DNA of 59,570 nucleotides, taken from Podarcis melisellensis (Eukaryota). The DNA lies in the NCBI GenBank assembly GCA_964234715.1, contig OZ174276.1. One strand, written 5' to 3'. A program made the translations under genes and the position numbers. Below the pieces are notes generated by a model that was not told where the DNA came from, ran no database searches, and was given only the letters and a program-made list of their open reading frames with translations. Positions 1-14,441 of this stretch are shown here, one piece after another. Within the stretch, counting starts at the first letter, position 1; each line of letters opens with the position of its first letter.

Positions 1-2294
1 GCAGTATTTACTTTCCTAGTCTCATTACCATTTATTTTATTTTATTTTGCCCCCCCCCCACCGCCCTTCCTAATGTTTCCAATATTCAGTGTTTGCCTCT
101 TCAGTCTGTAAATCTCTCGTTAAAGCCAGCCTTTTCTACCTGGGTTCCTTTCCTCTACTGCAAATATCATGTGCGTCAGAACTCCTTTGGCTCAGAAATT
201 TCAACAAGCACTAATAAATCTGTAATATGGTCTTGTATAAATGAATATTAATATTGTCTACCAAGAGGATTTTTTTTAACCTTTTACAATGAAGCAAGGA
301 GGGGGAAGCAAGCTAGCGGCACAAACTAATTTAAAAATAAATAAAAAATGAGCATTTTTGAAATGACTGTTCCTGGCTACTGGAAAACAGGATTCTCTGT
401 TTTCCAATCCAGTTTTCCAGCCTTCACTCATTGGGATAATGAATCTACCACTTCACTTCCATCACCGGCTATCATTTGGAGTCTTAAGCTATTACCGCAC
501 TGCCAGTTATTTTTGGTGCTTTAAAATGTGCTTTAAAAAGCATTTATTCCCTTTCATGCCTTAATATTTTATTATTATTATATATTTATTTATACCCTGC
601 CTTTTCCCCTGATGAGGCAGCTTATGGGTAAGAATGATAATTACTTTAAACATGGGGTGGGAGTGGGAAATGATAATTAAAACAACAACAACTTTAACCA
701 GCACCACTTTGGGAATTATAACATGCAGCCCCCAACAGATATTACCTGAGCAGTCTAAAGGAAGAATGGTGGAGCAGTCAGCTTTCAGTGAAAATGATCA
801 AGAGTCATATTGACATAAAGTGGGAATAATGGAAATTTGATGGCACTAGACTGCAGGCCACTGGTCCTTTGGCAGGGCCAGGTATGGGGAGAGTTATTTG
901 GGCCAGACAATCCCCAAGGTTAATTTTACATGGCATCCTTCATAAAACCAAGGTAATTCTAATGACAAGGAGGATAATGCTACGTCAAATAGCTGACAGC
1001 AGAAATCAGGGAAATAATTCTTGTTAATGTGAATGTTGCCCTCCAAGCAATGCAAAGATCAGAGACTTGAGACAACGCAAAAGCAAGTGGCTTCATACAG
1101 AGCAGTGACAATTAAAGTATAAAGCCCTATTGCACACTGGCACCTATACACCTTGGAGCATGTTCTTAGGTTACTTTAGCAGTGTGACCCCTCCACGCTT
1201 CCCAATCAGTTATGGCCCTGGGTTGATGACTTATACCAGAAGTGAGGATCCTGTGGCCCTCATAACGTCACAAGATTTCAACTCCTACCATCCTGAATCC
1301 TGAATAACATTGACCGTACTGGCTGGATCTGATGAACGTTGAAGTCCAACCATTTCTGGAGGACTATGGGTCTACAACCCTGGCTTATCCCCTCCTGCTG
1401 CCTTGGGAACCTTTGACTTTCCCCTCGACTTTCCAAATTGTTTTAAAAAGTGCTATTCTAGACAGCCACCATCAGTTGCCTAATGGTAAGACCAGCTGCT
1501 GTTTTAGTCACCTGCTTATAGCAACAGACAGCATGGCTTGGATTTCCCTAAGTGTAACTATGATAAAAGTAATCCTTTTGTAATCTTGGAGCAATGAAGA
1601 ATAAATAACAGTGTTTTAAAAGACAAAATGCCTGAGTGAACACACAGCAAATCGTTTCACAAATGGCTTCGCATGGGATTTGATGGAACTGTAGGTTGGA
1701 ATCAATACACAGAACATTCTACTAACAATCTGAAGTGACATCCCAGTATCTTTAGAAATGCCATTTGCATTGTTCATTTTCAGTCTGCCCATCCCCAAGT
1801 TAGTCTGTTTTTTCTTATCCCTCCTTTTTTCTCCTCCCCCTTTTTCCTGTCTTTATTCTACCTCCTCTTCAGGCATTGCTTAAGAACTGCCCATAAAGAA
1901 GGTCGTTCTGGCCTTTACCTTTTTGTCTCTGTTGGACAAAAGCCAAATGTTATTGATCACATTTTCTAGGAAAAAGGCTAATAACTGCTACACCAGGGGG
2001 AGCAGCAGGCTAAAGTAATGATAGTGTGTGATCGCTGCGAGAAAGCTTCCAAAATATGGGATTAATTTGCTTGTTTGGATTGCAAATTATGACTAATTGT
2101 TCACCAATGAGCCAAGGCATGATGAATTTGCACAATATCTCAGACTCCTGGATACATTGCTTGACTAAATAACCGGCTGTTTTTCCTTTTGGCAGACCTG
2201 GGGTTATTCCTCGATAGGATCAGATCAGGAAAGGAAAGAATCAGTGAAAAGAAATTCAGGTTGGGAAGGGCAGACACACAAAAATGACACATGA

Positions 2295-2590
2295 TAATTA
2301 ATATTTTTATTATTTGTATCCTGCCCATCTCACTCTAGGTGGCTTCCAACAAATATAAAAAGATAATAAAACATTTAAAACTTCCCTATACAGAGCAGCC
2401 TTCAGATTTCTTCTAAAAGTTGTATAGTTATTTATCTCCTTGGCATCTGATGGGAGAGCATTCCATATGGTGGGTGCCACTACCAAGAAGGCCCTCTGCC
2501 TGCTTCCCTGTACCTTTACTTCTCACAGTGAGGGAACCACCAGAAGGCCTTCGGAGTTGGATCTCAGTGTCCAGGCTGGACACTCCATCT
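2295..2590 (-). mobile_element. Older L2 3' fragment
   Basis: Diverged copy of the 16651/53286 family. Shorter tail remnants also lie near 570, 13890, 18455 and 48545. Confidence 0.75.
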
Positions 2591-5500
2591 GAAGAGGAAG
2601 CAGAGAACATAATGCTGGAGGTTGCAAGAGCAATGGCATCTCTAGTTTGGGCTTGGGGCCTTCAGCTGCCAGTCATAGACAATGGAGAGTGGAATGTGAG
2701 GCTTTCAAAAACATCTCCCAAGTCTATTAAGCAATCACGTAAGACTCACACAGTATGCAGGCTCCAGCAGGACAAGTTTGAGCACAAGTGAGAGCCAAGA
2801 TTGTGGTGACAGCAATCCCTGGACACTGACAACTGTCCAATCCCACCCACTGCTGGCACAACCCTGAGACCATTTTCAAGTGGTCTTTCTTTCTGCATGA
2901 GAAAAGTACATAATTCTAGGCTAGCTCTGACCTTCTTGAGAAATGCCAGCCCATAGCCATGCAACCAACAGACTGATGTAATGAATGAAAGAGAGAGAAA
3001 ATGTTGAAATAGTGATATTGAATATTTATTTGACAGGCTATTAGGATTTCTAGAACTCATGTCTGGCATTTCCATTATAGAACTTTTGTTTAGAAAATAT
3101 CAGTCCTAGGCCACCTACAAAAATGAGATAAGGAAAGTATTTGTGAGTAGATTTTCATTTGTATGAGTAACTCCTAATTCCACACTTAGGCTTCCATGCT
3201 GAAAATGGTTATAAGGGAGTAAACCCCACTGAATGTGTTCGGATTTACTTCAGAGTAAAAACATACTGGATTGTGCTGTGAAGATCAATCATTCAATTTT
3301 AGTTGAATATAGAGATGCTCTAGAGTTCAATAAGAATTAGCTACTGACTTTTGCTGATGGCACATTTGTGGACAAATCAAATATCCCCATCCTCAAAATG
3401 AATTGTTCACACACACACACCCCATAAATCCATTAGTTTCTTTATAGAATTGCATTTGCAGTTGCGCATAGGAAGACAAATTGAGCATGCCAAGGCCTGC
3501 TTTCCCTCAAAACACAGGTTGTAGCTGCCAGCAAAAGAAGTTCAAAGCTCTGAGTGTCCTCTCTGGTAATGGACGTGAAATTTGTCTAGAAGGGAAAAAC
3601 TTGAGTAGATAAAAACAAGTTGCCAAGCGGCTCTCATAAAGACTCATTGACACTTGCCAAGTTGAAATAGAAAGACGCAAATACTGGGAGATACTGAGAA
3701 ATCGTGGGGAGGGATATCTGATAATCCTTTCTTCCTGACACAGTTAGTTCATGATGTATTGCCAGCACTTCAGTGCTGCTACTATTCTGAGACACAGAGT
3801 TCAAGTAGTTGGTGTTACCGTCTTATCCTTGTTGAAAGAGGCCATGATCTTGAAAAGGGCTTATCATATGCTGACAACACCAAACTGTAAATCTTCTAAA
3901 GGAGCTATGTCACACTAAAGTCATCCAAGGAAGGCTACCTAGTAGGACTGCCAACTTTTTCTCTCTCTCCTTGCAAGACTCGGGTGAATTTAACATTGGT
4001 ATGAAAAGCAGAATCTCCTCAGGCAAAACTTTCCTCAACTCCATGGCAAAGAAAAGTCCTGGTTTTCCACTTCATACACAGATCATTAAAACATAGGAGC
4101 CCTGCTTAAAGAAGGGCAGATTGCTGCCTTCTTCTCCAGTGCTTCCTGGTCTCCGTTATCTCAGTTTAGCATGTTGTCCACTGGTTTTACCACTATGACA
4201 TTGTCATTTCTCTATGTGAAGCTATCAGGTCAGGGCTGAGGAAGCTGTGGCCCTCCACATATTGTTGGAGTCCATCAAACAATATTGCCAGTGGCTGGGG
4301 GATGACAGGGGTTGTACTCCAACAACATCTGGAAGGTCATAGCTTTCCCATTCCAGTATTAGGTGAAGAAAGACCCTGGGGGATCAAGGGCCATGGAGGA
4401 CATGAAACAAAAGGAGCTGGAAATTTAAATGCACATAGCGCATGCCTATGTGTCTACCCTCCTCCCCATGTGATTAGAATTGCACGAAGAGCAGGAATGC
4501 ATTTGTTGGCCCCATTTTACTGTGGATTGGTTCCATTGCCCTCCACATTTTGAAGGGTTAATTTCTGTTCTACTTGTATAGGCTCCCTTTATTGATTTAG
4601 AACCCCAATGGCACATCTGGAGAAGGTTCCCCACTGCAGAAGCCACCCATCCAGTGTGTAGTAGGGGTGAAAGAGTCAAGCGACAGGAATTGGATGCAAG
4701 TGGTGTGGCCCCATTCCCCACTCACCCACTGAGCTTAGACTATGTGGGGGGGGGGTGTCCACTGAAGAAATGGAGACTTACTTCCCCAGAGATTTTATTT
4801 AATTGGGAATATAACCCGAACTTGCCTTGCATCTTAGGCAGCGGGCTATAACTCTCCCCCTTCTCCCCTTGTTAGAATTTCATTTGTCGGTTTGAGGTAA
4901 GATCTATACATCGATCAAGCAGTCCTTGCAAAGAGGCATGCACACACTCAACAACAAATAATAGATTATTGGAAGGGCAGCTGCATACACAGCTAGACAA
5001 CAAGTGGTAATTATTTTTATGATTCATTAAGGTTATCGACTGACGTAAAGAGGAGAATGGATGTGCTTGTTATACACTTATGAAGAAATTGGGTGTCAGT
5101 TTGATCTTTAGCAGCTGAGATTATCTTAGGCTCCTTAAGTAATTATGGAGCTGTGGTGATCATGGTGATTGTTTCTAATCACTGCATTCTCTACTCCCAT
5201 GGGAAGTTTAGTCACTGGTGCCTTTTTCTTGCTTTCCCTACTGCGTGTACAGCCTGCTGCTTTCTACACACACTTTTTGCTCTCCATCCAAACAAGCAAG
5301 AGGCAATATCAGAGTTCACAGAGTTCATAGTCAAGCCAGGCAAAAACACTTGGGGTGCAAAGCAAGGTCAGTGAGAGGCAGGGATGTAAGAAGGCAGCAA
5401 TTTCAATTCTGACTTGTGTTTGTCACAATCTGTGCTGTTTCTCTTCTGCTGCACTTCAGTTGTCACCAAATAATATGTTAGGTGATTTATGTAACTATTT

Positions 5501-6905
5501 ATATTACATTCATTTCAATGTCAAGAAAACGTTGCAAAAAAGTATCATTTGCAGACTTAGAACAACAAGAACAATAAGAACAAATGCCAATTGTATTCAC
5601 TTGACTCATTTTCTTTTGATGCACATGCAAACTGCAGGAATTTCCACTTCCTTCTCCATTTCCTCCAAAATTCCTAGTGAGAACTGTGGCATGATAGACA
5701 GACCTGGAGGGCTGCATTTAGTCTCTGGGCCTATTGTTCCCAACATTAGGTTGTTGAACTTTGCTTTGTACTCTTCAGTGGCCATCTGGCCACTTACATA
5801 TGTCTTTTAACATATATTATCCAAAGATTTATAAAAAGAGCTTCCTGCATTGCTGGTTGTTTTTTTTGTTTTGTTTTTTTTTGAAAACAAACAAAAGTTC
5901 CACTTTTTCTGCTGTGCTAAATTTGTTCCTGCCAAAATTGATATTTTATTTTGATTGAACCAGATTAAACTGAATATATAGCCCATGAAAGAAAAGTATC
6001 CTCATGATGGTGTTTGCTTTCATAACTTGTAGCCACCATTCGGTAATGCTGTTAGGGTGTCATAACACAAAAATAAATAAATATAAATCCATATAAAATT
6101 ACATATACAAAAAAAAGAACAAGAGCATAAACTCGGCAGAGTGGCTGAACCATCATTCACCAGTTAGGAGCACCAGGAACTGCCCCTATCCTGACTCAAA
6201 CCTTTGTTCCATCTAGCTCAATGTTTTCTTCACGGAGAGGAAGCCACTCTCCCTGGTTTCAGGCAGGAGTCTCTCCCAACTCTTCCTGGAGATACTGAGG
6301 GATTGAATCCAGGACTTTCTACATACACAAGAGGTGCTCTGTCACTGAGCTATGGTTCTTCCCACAAAGTGCTGGAATGTCTGGAAAAATGAAAATGCCT
6401 TTAAGTAGGCACTGGGATGATAGTTTTAGCACTAGGTAAGCTTCCCTGGAGATGATGTTCCATGTCCTCTGTCCAGTCACCATCACTCACCTAAGTACAG
6501 GTATGGAGGGGGGAATCTGGAGGAGACACTCAGATGGTGAGCATAAAGTACAGGTTGGTTCATATGGTGGAAGGCTTTATAGGTAAGCACCAGCACTTTG
6601 AATTGTCCCCAGAGCAGACCAGTAGCCGGTGTTGCTGTTTGTAATTGACCATTCTAATCGACTCTGACATTTATTGTACACCCACCAATCAATCACCTTT
6701 GGCTTGGAACACATAACTTGTGTCCAGGCTTTCTCTTCGGATGTAAAGGCTACCATGAAAAGAGATGCTTGTTAACTTGCCCTACTTATTCCTGAATTTG
6801 CTGCTTCTGCAAAGTAATAAAATATTTACACCACCCTCAGCGTGAAACTGTGTACCTATTAGTTCGGTCTTCACTGCTTATTAAATACCCAGTAGACATC
6901 AGTAA

Positions 6906-7263
6906 CGCGGGACGCGGGTGGCACTGTGGGTAAAAGCCTCAGCGCCTAGGACTTGCCGATCGAAAGGTCGGCGGTTCGAATCCCCGCGGCGGAGTGCGCT
7001 CCCATCGCTCGGTCCCAGCGCCTGCCAACCTAGCAGTTCGAAAGCACCCTCAGGTGCAAGTAGATAAATAGGGACCGCTTACTAGCGGGAAGGTAAACAG
7101 CGTTCCGTGTGCTGCGCTGGCTCACCAGATGCAGCTTGTCACGCTGGCCACGTGACCCGGAAGTGTCTGCGGACAGTGCTGGCTCCCGGCCTATAGAGTG
7201 AGATGAGCACACAACCCTAGAGTCTGGCAGACTGCCCCGTATGGGCAGGGGTACCTTTACCTT
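6906..7263 (+). mobile_element. Sauria SINE (Squam1/POM-like), full length
   Basis: tRNA-like head GGGACGCGGGTGGCACTGTGG..GGTTCGAATCC, (ACCTTT)n tail, and 13-bp TSD TAGACATCAGTAA (6893-6905 / 7264-7276). Confidence 0.92.
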
Positions 7264-8913
7264 TAGACATCAGTAAACAATGGGGATCAGTTACTGTCAC
7301 CATTAGCCTGCCTGAAATCATACACGTGCCACAAATTCTAGGCAATTCTAGGCAAAGACTGGTAATGTAGTCAGAGACTGTTTAAGCCATTCAGACTTAT
7401 TGTTGTTCCAGTTAAATGACTAAAGCTCAAAGGGCTGCTTTTCTCAATTTTGTGAATGTGGGAGTGGAAGCAGGTTTTGGATATGTGTGTAGATCGAAAT
7501 ATACTCTTGCCCCCCAAAAGGTGTGTGGTCTGTTTACATTATGAAATGCATGCGCCTTTAGATTTGAGCATTCCCAATGTTTGAAACTGAAATGTGATCA
7601 TTTGCCCCAAAAATTGTACATTTGCTGCATTTATGTTCTGCTGAAAGGGCTTGGGTTAAGGAATAATGGAAATTTCTTCTCTCTCCATGAGCAATAAAAG
7701 TCTTTGTGAGTTGCTGGTCCATGCCTCTTAAAACATTGAACTCTACTTTGTTTGCTCATTTAAATGTTCAGCCCACCCATCCTATGGCTCATTCTTGCTT
7801 GTTTGCTTTGCAAAAGAGGCTGGATTCTGCAAGTGGAATCTGTTGTTCCAAATATGAACATTATTCTGCCTGCATTATTCAACCTGGAATTAGTTTTCTT
7901 GATACATAATTTAATTACTACATATGCATTCCTGGTGGCAAAATAGTGCAGCTTATAAGAACCAATAAAATGCAAATGCAATATTATACTGTTAAATATA
8001 CAATTGTGATTTTTCATGTCTTTGCTGGCATATTTTTTGTGATCAGTAACTCTACTGAACTTGTACAGTGCCACATGGGCACCATTGAATGCTAGACTTG
8101 ACCCAGAGTCCTGTAAAAAGAACTGCAGAGAGAGGACATTGATGTATAGCATTGATTTCATCCACATTTTTTCAGCAATGGAGGTATTCCATTGCCTTGC
8201 TTTGATGCAATTTGTAAACACATTATTGAAGGTAACTAAGTGAGAAATGTGCTGCCATGGGCCTTTCAAAATCTGAGTTGAATATACTTTGCAGGAGTGA
8301 TGATCTCAGAGAACAAGTTTATGTATATACCCTCGCAGTCAGCTGTTGTGCAGCAACGTACACAGATGCAAATCGAATTGAAGCTTAGAGAAGATATTTA
8401 TAACCCTGGATCCTTAAATTTAGAGCATATGACTGTAACACAATCTCAGTTTGCTTTTATTGTGTGCACAGTCTGATTCCTTATAACTTTGGAAAGTGGG
8501 TGTATTTGAAGGTGCTAGATTCTGCCCTCAACAATTTTATCGCCAAATTCACTCTTGCTCTGTTCGTGGGCTTCCCTTTGACATCTGGTTGACCGCTGTG
8601 AGAACAGGTAGCTGGACTAGACGGGCCACTGGCTTGATACAGCACATTCTTCTTACGTTATTGTACAAGTTGATGTAAGGAGAGAGCTAATTCTATGGTT
8701 CTTTCCTACCTGATCACCAACTGACCAGGAGTAGCAACATGGGCAAGCGACTCCCACGTGGCTGGTTGTGTTTGTACTGGAGTGAGTTTCAAAAGGGTGC
8801 AGAAGGTGTAGTAACCTATGTGCCCTCTAGCTGTAGTAAAAAAATTGTTAGGCATGGCATAAAATCCATCAAGTGCATGTACTAGAAACAACCTTATTCT
8901 CTATATGTATGGT

Positions 8914-9164
8914 GCCAGTATGGTGTAGTGGTTAAGAGCGGTAGTCTTGTAATCTGGGGAACCGGGTTCAAGTCTCCGCTCCTCCACATGCAGCTGCTGG
9001 GTGACCTTGGGCCAGTCACACTTCTCTGAAGTCTCTCAGCCCCACTCACCTCACAGAGTGTTTGTTGTGGGGGAGGAAGGGAAAGGAGAATGTTAGCCGC
9101 TTTGAGACTCCTGAAGGGGAGTGAAAGGCGGGATATCAAATCCAAACTCTTCTTCTTCTTCTTC
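8914..9164 (+). mobile_element. Squam3-type tRNA-derived SINE
   Basis: A/B boxes TGGTGTAGTGG / GGTTCAAGTC, body GGGTGACCTTGGGCCAGTCAC, (CTT)n tail; three copies in the window. Confidence 0.88.
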
Positions 9165-10909
9165 TATATCCAGGTGGACCATAGTAAAAATGTAATATTT
9201 GTCCCATGAGCTGATCAACCACATGCCTGAACTTCAGAGCTGACCTGTTGGCTGTACTGCTCATCTAGGAATCTTTGGTCCCATTCACACATGCTTTTGG
9301 CGGCGGCGAAGCCACTTTTCCATGTTGCAATTCCAATGCAGTTATCTGGCAGGAAAGACCCATGCAAATGACTTCACCCATGCCAGGCATCTAGCTGTTT
9401 TAAGAATAGCAGGATTTGTGTGGCTGATGATGTGAACCCTGAAAGATTTGCCTTACGGGCCATCAGATGGGAGGTCAGAACCTGATCCCTGCCTAGTCAG
9501 AACCTGATCCATAGCGCAATGCTGGCAGGCTCACAGTATGGGTGGAATCTACACACATAATTTTTTTATTTAAAAAAATGCTGTGAAAATACTCTTTTAA
9601 AAACGTTTTGAAAAATGCTTTGAATTTTGCATAGCTCACTGTTGCCATCTAGTGTCACATTTGCACATTGCACTTCACAACACATTTAAAACGTTTTATT
9701 TGCAGCTGTACAGCTGAGTCGATGGTCAGAATAGTTATTTAGGCACAGCCAAGGGAATCCATCTGAGAATGGGAGCAGAAGAAAGGACCTCTTAACTGGC
9801 ACTAGGCTACAAAAAAGCAGAAACAGATAAAAGACATCTGCAGGGCTAAAGGAACACGTGAGTGCACAACTTTGGCAAAGGTGTAACCCTTGCCCAGAGT
9901 ATTTTTCTGTAGGCAGTAGGATCACAATTGCCCAATCAGAGGAGCTGCGATTGAAAGCATTCAAACATGGGCACACACATGGTAAAAATCACGAAATGTG
10001 TGTTTGATTTCCTTCTCTCTCTTTTTACCCATATGATTGAATGCAAATATATACCCTTGTTTATGTAGACGTGTAACAGACAGGGAGCTGTTGCCAGTCA
10101 GCTGTTACTGCGGCACTGCAAAAGCTAAATGGAATATTAAAGCAATTTAATTTCCTCCTAGGAATTGACTTCTGCTCTCAGCAGTCATGGTTGCTGTTGA
10201 AACAGGGGGTGGGGGAGATCAATAAGCACCTGCTGTTCTGCAATCTATAAAATAATCACATTAAGGTTTACTAGAGACACATACAGGATGCAAGGGTGCA
10301 TTGCTGACTTACTCCAGTACAGCTAAAATTGTATATTCGTTCAGTAAACAAACAATGCTACAGATTGTAAAATTCCAACCTTTGTTTCTCATAGTGAAGT
10401 ACTTAATGCATGAGCAAAAAGTCTCCAGAAATGTCAGCCAATATCATTCATTTTCAAAACAATTTAACCAAACTCCTATTAAAATGGAGCCACAAAGAAA
10501 AAAATTCTTTGTTGTCATTGGGAAATGTTGGGTCCCCCCCCCCAAAAAAATATGGTTGTTCTGGAACATAAAACTGCACAGGGATGTTTTAAATAAAATG
10601 ATACAAATTAAAATGTTGTTTGCATGCCAATTTATAACAAAGCACAGAGCATTTCCAGGCATAACAGCATATACATATTGCATTGTGTTTTGTAGTTTTA
10701 AATTTTTAAGCTCCGCCGTGGTTCCTGTACATTTCCTCACTCTCTGTCTCCCCACACAACACCTCCCTGTCATCTTGCCATCACCTTAAGACAAACATAA
10801 GGGCATAAATAGAGTCCTGTGGGATCAAGATAAGTGTGGATCAGGTGGCTTTGACTCAATCAACTTTCTTCCCCGTCCATATCCCTCTCTCATGATATTA
10901 GAATCCATT

Positions 10910-11120
10910 GCCATCCAATGAAGGGGAAGATGGAAAGATTCATATAAGAGAAAGTTCTTTTTCACACAGCTCATAGTTCAGCTGTATAATTCTTTCCCAC
11001 AATATGTAGCGATGGCCACCAACTTGGGTGGATTTAAAAGAAGGTTGGTCAACTTCATCAGATGATAAGACTATAAATGACTAGTCATCACAATGGCTAT
11101 GTTATTCCTCCATTGTTGGA
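10910..11120 (+). mobile_element. Old CR1 3' fragment
   Basis: Degenerate CR1 end (TTCACACAGC..GATGGCCACCAACTTGG..TTTAAAAG..TTGG.CAA.TTCAT). Confidence 0.6.
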
Positions 11121-11287
11121 GAAGGCTGAATTTCCCGTGTTCAGTGGGGTAGGACTTCACAGCCATTCATAGTCTCTTCATACTTTCCTAATGGTTAGGG
11201 GAAGCAGTACAAATTACACAGTACAATAGACACAAATGTGGTTTATTTGCATACTTTTCCATATAACAGAATTCAATTTGTCTCCTT

Positions 11288-11345
<58 letters not shown>
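11288..11345. repeat. (TAA)n microsatellite
   Basis: About 19 perfect units, about 90 nt upstream of the first CADPS exon. Confidence 0.95.
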
Positions 11346-11346
<1 letters not shown>

Positions 11347-11435
11347 TGATGATGTGTTTAAGCTCCTCTACCTCTTTGCTGATCTTAATGACATTTCTAT
11401 ATAAATAACATTTTGCATTTTAATTGGTTTTTCAG

Positions 11436-11549
11436 ATAAGTAAACAGCAGCTCCAAACCGTCAAGGATCGCTTCCAAGCCTTCCTCAATGGAGAAACTCA
11501 GATTGTAGCAGATGAAGCTTTCATGAATGCCGTCCAGAGCTATTATGAG
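11436..11549 (+). CDS. CADPS: CADPS (CAPS1) coding exon, equivalent to human exon 2
   Basis: Acceptor tttttcag|ATA and donor GAG|gtaag; 114 nt, phase 0/0. Encodes [38 protein letters not shown], recognised as vertebrate CAPS1 N-terminal sequence. Confidence 0.97.
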
Positions 11550-12765
11550 GTAAGAACACTAGAGTGGCAATTCCAGTTCTCAGGTTCTAAAGGGGCAGAA
11601 GCTGTCCCCATGTGCACAGAATGGACCAATCCAAGGCTGGGATGGTAGAATCTGTCCATTTCCATTTCATTCAGGTTTTTTCCATTTTTTCCAGTCCTAA
11701 ATTTAGGTTGCCATGCTTTCACATTGGTTTGCGTGTGGGTAGCCGCCTCCCCACTACGTCACCCTCCAACTCACAGAGTGCACTATTTCCACAATGCGAT
11801 TAACATTGTGAGAAGGGACAAACAACTCAATAGGGCTTCTCGCCATGTGACCTGCTCTCTCAGGAACTACAAGTCCCAGAGTTCTTTCTTAAAGCTTGTA
11901 TTTCTTTTGCACATGTGGGAAGAGCAGTTAGGGTGTGGCAGCAGGTGAGCAGCAGGACGAAGGAACAGGCACCATCATAATTGGTACACATACAGTATGT
12001 CCCAGAGACAGAAGGAGCCTGTGCTGCTGCCATGATATAGGCCCGGGGACACAGATGTGAAGATAGGTCTCTGGCCTCCAGAGTGCATAGAACAACTTAA
12101 TCTCCAGCAACAGGAATTATTCATAGTTGCACACAAGTAAAGAGACAGAATTTGTTGAAACGTTTTCCAATAAATGTTAATCCAATATTAAAACTAAAAC
12201 AACTTTGTGTTTTTAATCCCACTTTGAAGCAGACAGTTGATTCGTCCAACATTCCCAACCTGGTACCTACCAGATGTTTTGGAGTGGAGCCCCCATCACT
12301 CATTCTGGATGGGGCTGATGCAAGAAGTAGTCCAAAACCTCTTGTGGGCACTGGGTTGGAGACGGCAAGCTGTGGGTCCAAACATGTCCCTAAACTATAT
12401 ATTTCCACGAATTGTTTTCTGCAAGTACTAGGCAACTTTGTCCGGCTCTGTAAATGCCATCACCTTTCACCATGCTCAAAGCAGATTCCAGGCTTTATGC
12501 CTCGGTTTGTTAGTAAACTGTACCCTGTTCTTTTGTCATGTCACCCTGAGATCCCAAACCAAATCAGGGTTCGTTGTGACAGTGGGCCACCAGGAACCAA
12601 AGTGAGTCTCAACTAACAAGTACCATTACTTTCAATGGGAGTTTGTAGCAACTAATAGAAGGCGGATTGGGCCTCTTGTCTTCCATGAAACTATTGCAGT
12701 TTGTGTAAAAAGCACGATTACAATTTCTGCAGCTCAGGTAGCATAGATCATTACAGCATGGATGT

Positions 12766-13202
12766 GTTGTTGTTTAGTCGTTTAGTCATGTCCGACTCTT
12801 CGTGACCCCATGGACGAGAGCACGCCAGGCACTCCTGTCTTCCACTGCCTCCCACAGTTTGGTCAAACTCATGTTGGTAGCTTCGAGAACACTGTCCAAC
12901 CATCTCGTCCTCTGTCGTCCCCTTCTCCTTGTGCCCTCAATCTTTCCCAACATCAGGGTCTTTTCCAGGGAGTCTTCTCTTTTCATGAGGTAGCCAAAGT
13001 ATTGGAGCCTCAGCTTCAGGATCTGTCCTTCCAGTGAGCACTCAGATTTCCTTAAGGATGGATAGGTTTGATCTTATTGCAGTCCATGGGACTCTCAAGA
13101 GTCTCTTCCAGCACCATAATTCAAAAGCATAAATTCTTCGGCGATCAGCCTTCTTTATGGTCCAGCTCTCACTTCCATACATCACTACTGGGAAAACCAT
13201 GG
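12766..13202 (-). mobile_element. BovB (RTE) LINE 3' fragment
   Basis: Near-identical to the 29074 copy; 13-bp TSD ACAGCATGGATGT (12753-12765 / 13203-13215). Confidence 0.95.
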
Positions 13203-13453
13203 ACAGCATGGATGTAGGGAGCAGGTAACCAGGGATATGAGGCCTCTGCCTGAGATGCGGCTGCCAGTCAGATGGAGCAGGAGTCGAACCGGGTACAACC
13301 TGTTCCTAACAACTGCAGCTGTTCAGAGGTAGCCAAACTGCTGTCCATGAGTTCTATTGAGGTCAAATCCAGAAAAGGTCATGGAACCCATACTTGGCCC
13401 AGCACTGGGTTTATTTTTGTCTAACAGTGGAGACTCAAGCTGTTTTGGCCAGG

Positions 13454-14282
13454 GCTTTCAGTGGGCTGACCCAGAGAATGAATTTGGAGGATTGTGGCAT
13501 ATTATAGCGCACAGAAATATTAAGACCTGGCCTAGGGCCTGCGCTTTTCACAACATGGTGCTGAAGCGGTCTATTGATTTTTTCTATTATTAAAAAGGAG
13601 AAGCGCCAGTTAATTGGGTCCTTCTAAGAGGCCTAGCCTAAGGACACTGGTTTTGACAATTCTGGCATGGCAGGAAAGAGGTTTATTAAGTGGTCTGCTT
13701 CAAAACCAAGCAATTTTCAGATGGTCCATGAAAGAAAGAAAAACGTTTGAGAACCTCTGCAGTAGCATGTTTCTTTTTTCCTAACTTTGAGAAAGAAGAG
13801 TTTAGATGGCTTTAAAATGGGATTTGACAAACTCACATAGGATATGTTTTTAACAACTATTGTTGTTGTTGATGATGATGATGACGATAATTTATTACTT
13901 ATACCCCACCCATCTGACTGGGTTGCCTCAGCCACTCTGGACGGCTTCCAACAGAATATAAAAAAATAACAAAACATCGAAAACTTCCCAATACAACAAT
14001 GCCTATATGGAATCTTTTTGGTCAGAAGCAGTGTGTCTCTGTGTTCTGTTTCTACATTCCAAGGCAGTGTAGATCTATGTACTGTTTCTATGTTCAGAGG
14101 TAACGTAGCTCTGAAAATCAATTGCTGAGGGGCAACAGTTGGGAAGGGTTATTGCCTTTAGGCCATTCTTTTAAGCTTCCAAGAGGCATCTGATTAGCTC
14201 CTGTGGGAAACGAGATGTGGGACAAGGTGGGCCTTTGGTCTGATTCAGCAGAACACTTCTTACTCACCTAACTCTTTATGAC

Positions 14283-14335
<53 letters not shown>

Positions 14336-14441
14336 AAAGGCTCAAGTCATCACACCACTTATTTTGGAATAGCTTTCAGTGGGCTGACCCAGAGAATTAA
14401 TTTGGAGGATTGTGGCATATTATAGTGCACAGAAATATTAA
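13454..14441. repeat. 70-bp direct repeat pair (13454-13523 and 14372-14441)
   Basis: 68/70 identical, 918 bp apart. Confidence 0.9.
14289..14331. repeat. (TG)n(CG)n alternating purine-pyrimidine tract
   Basis: Directly visible. Confidence 0.95.

Noticed and set aside
8914-8990. tRNA genes at SINE heads (also 6909, 19200, 28873, 48112)
   Set aside because: A/B boxes run into SINE bodies and tails, with no complete cloverleaf.
7760-10789. 160-170 aa ORFs at 7760-8269 and 10301-10789
   Set aside because: No recognisable domains or splice context; chance ORFs in AT-rich intron.
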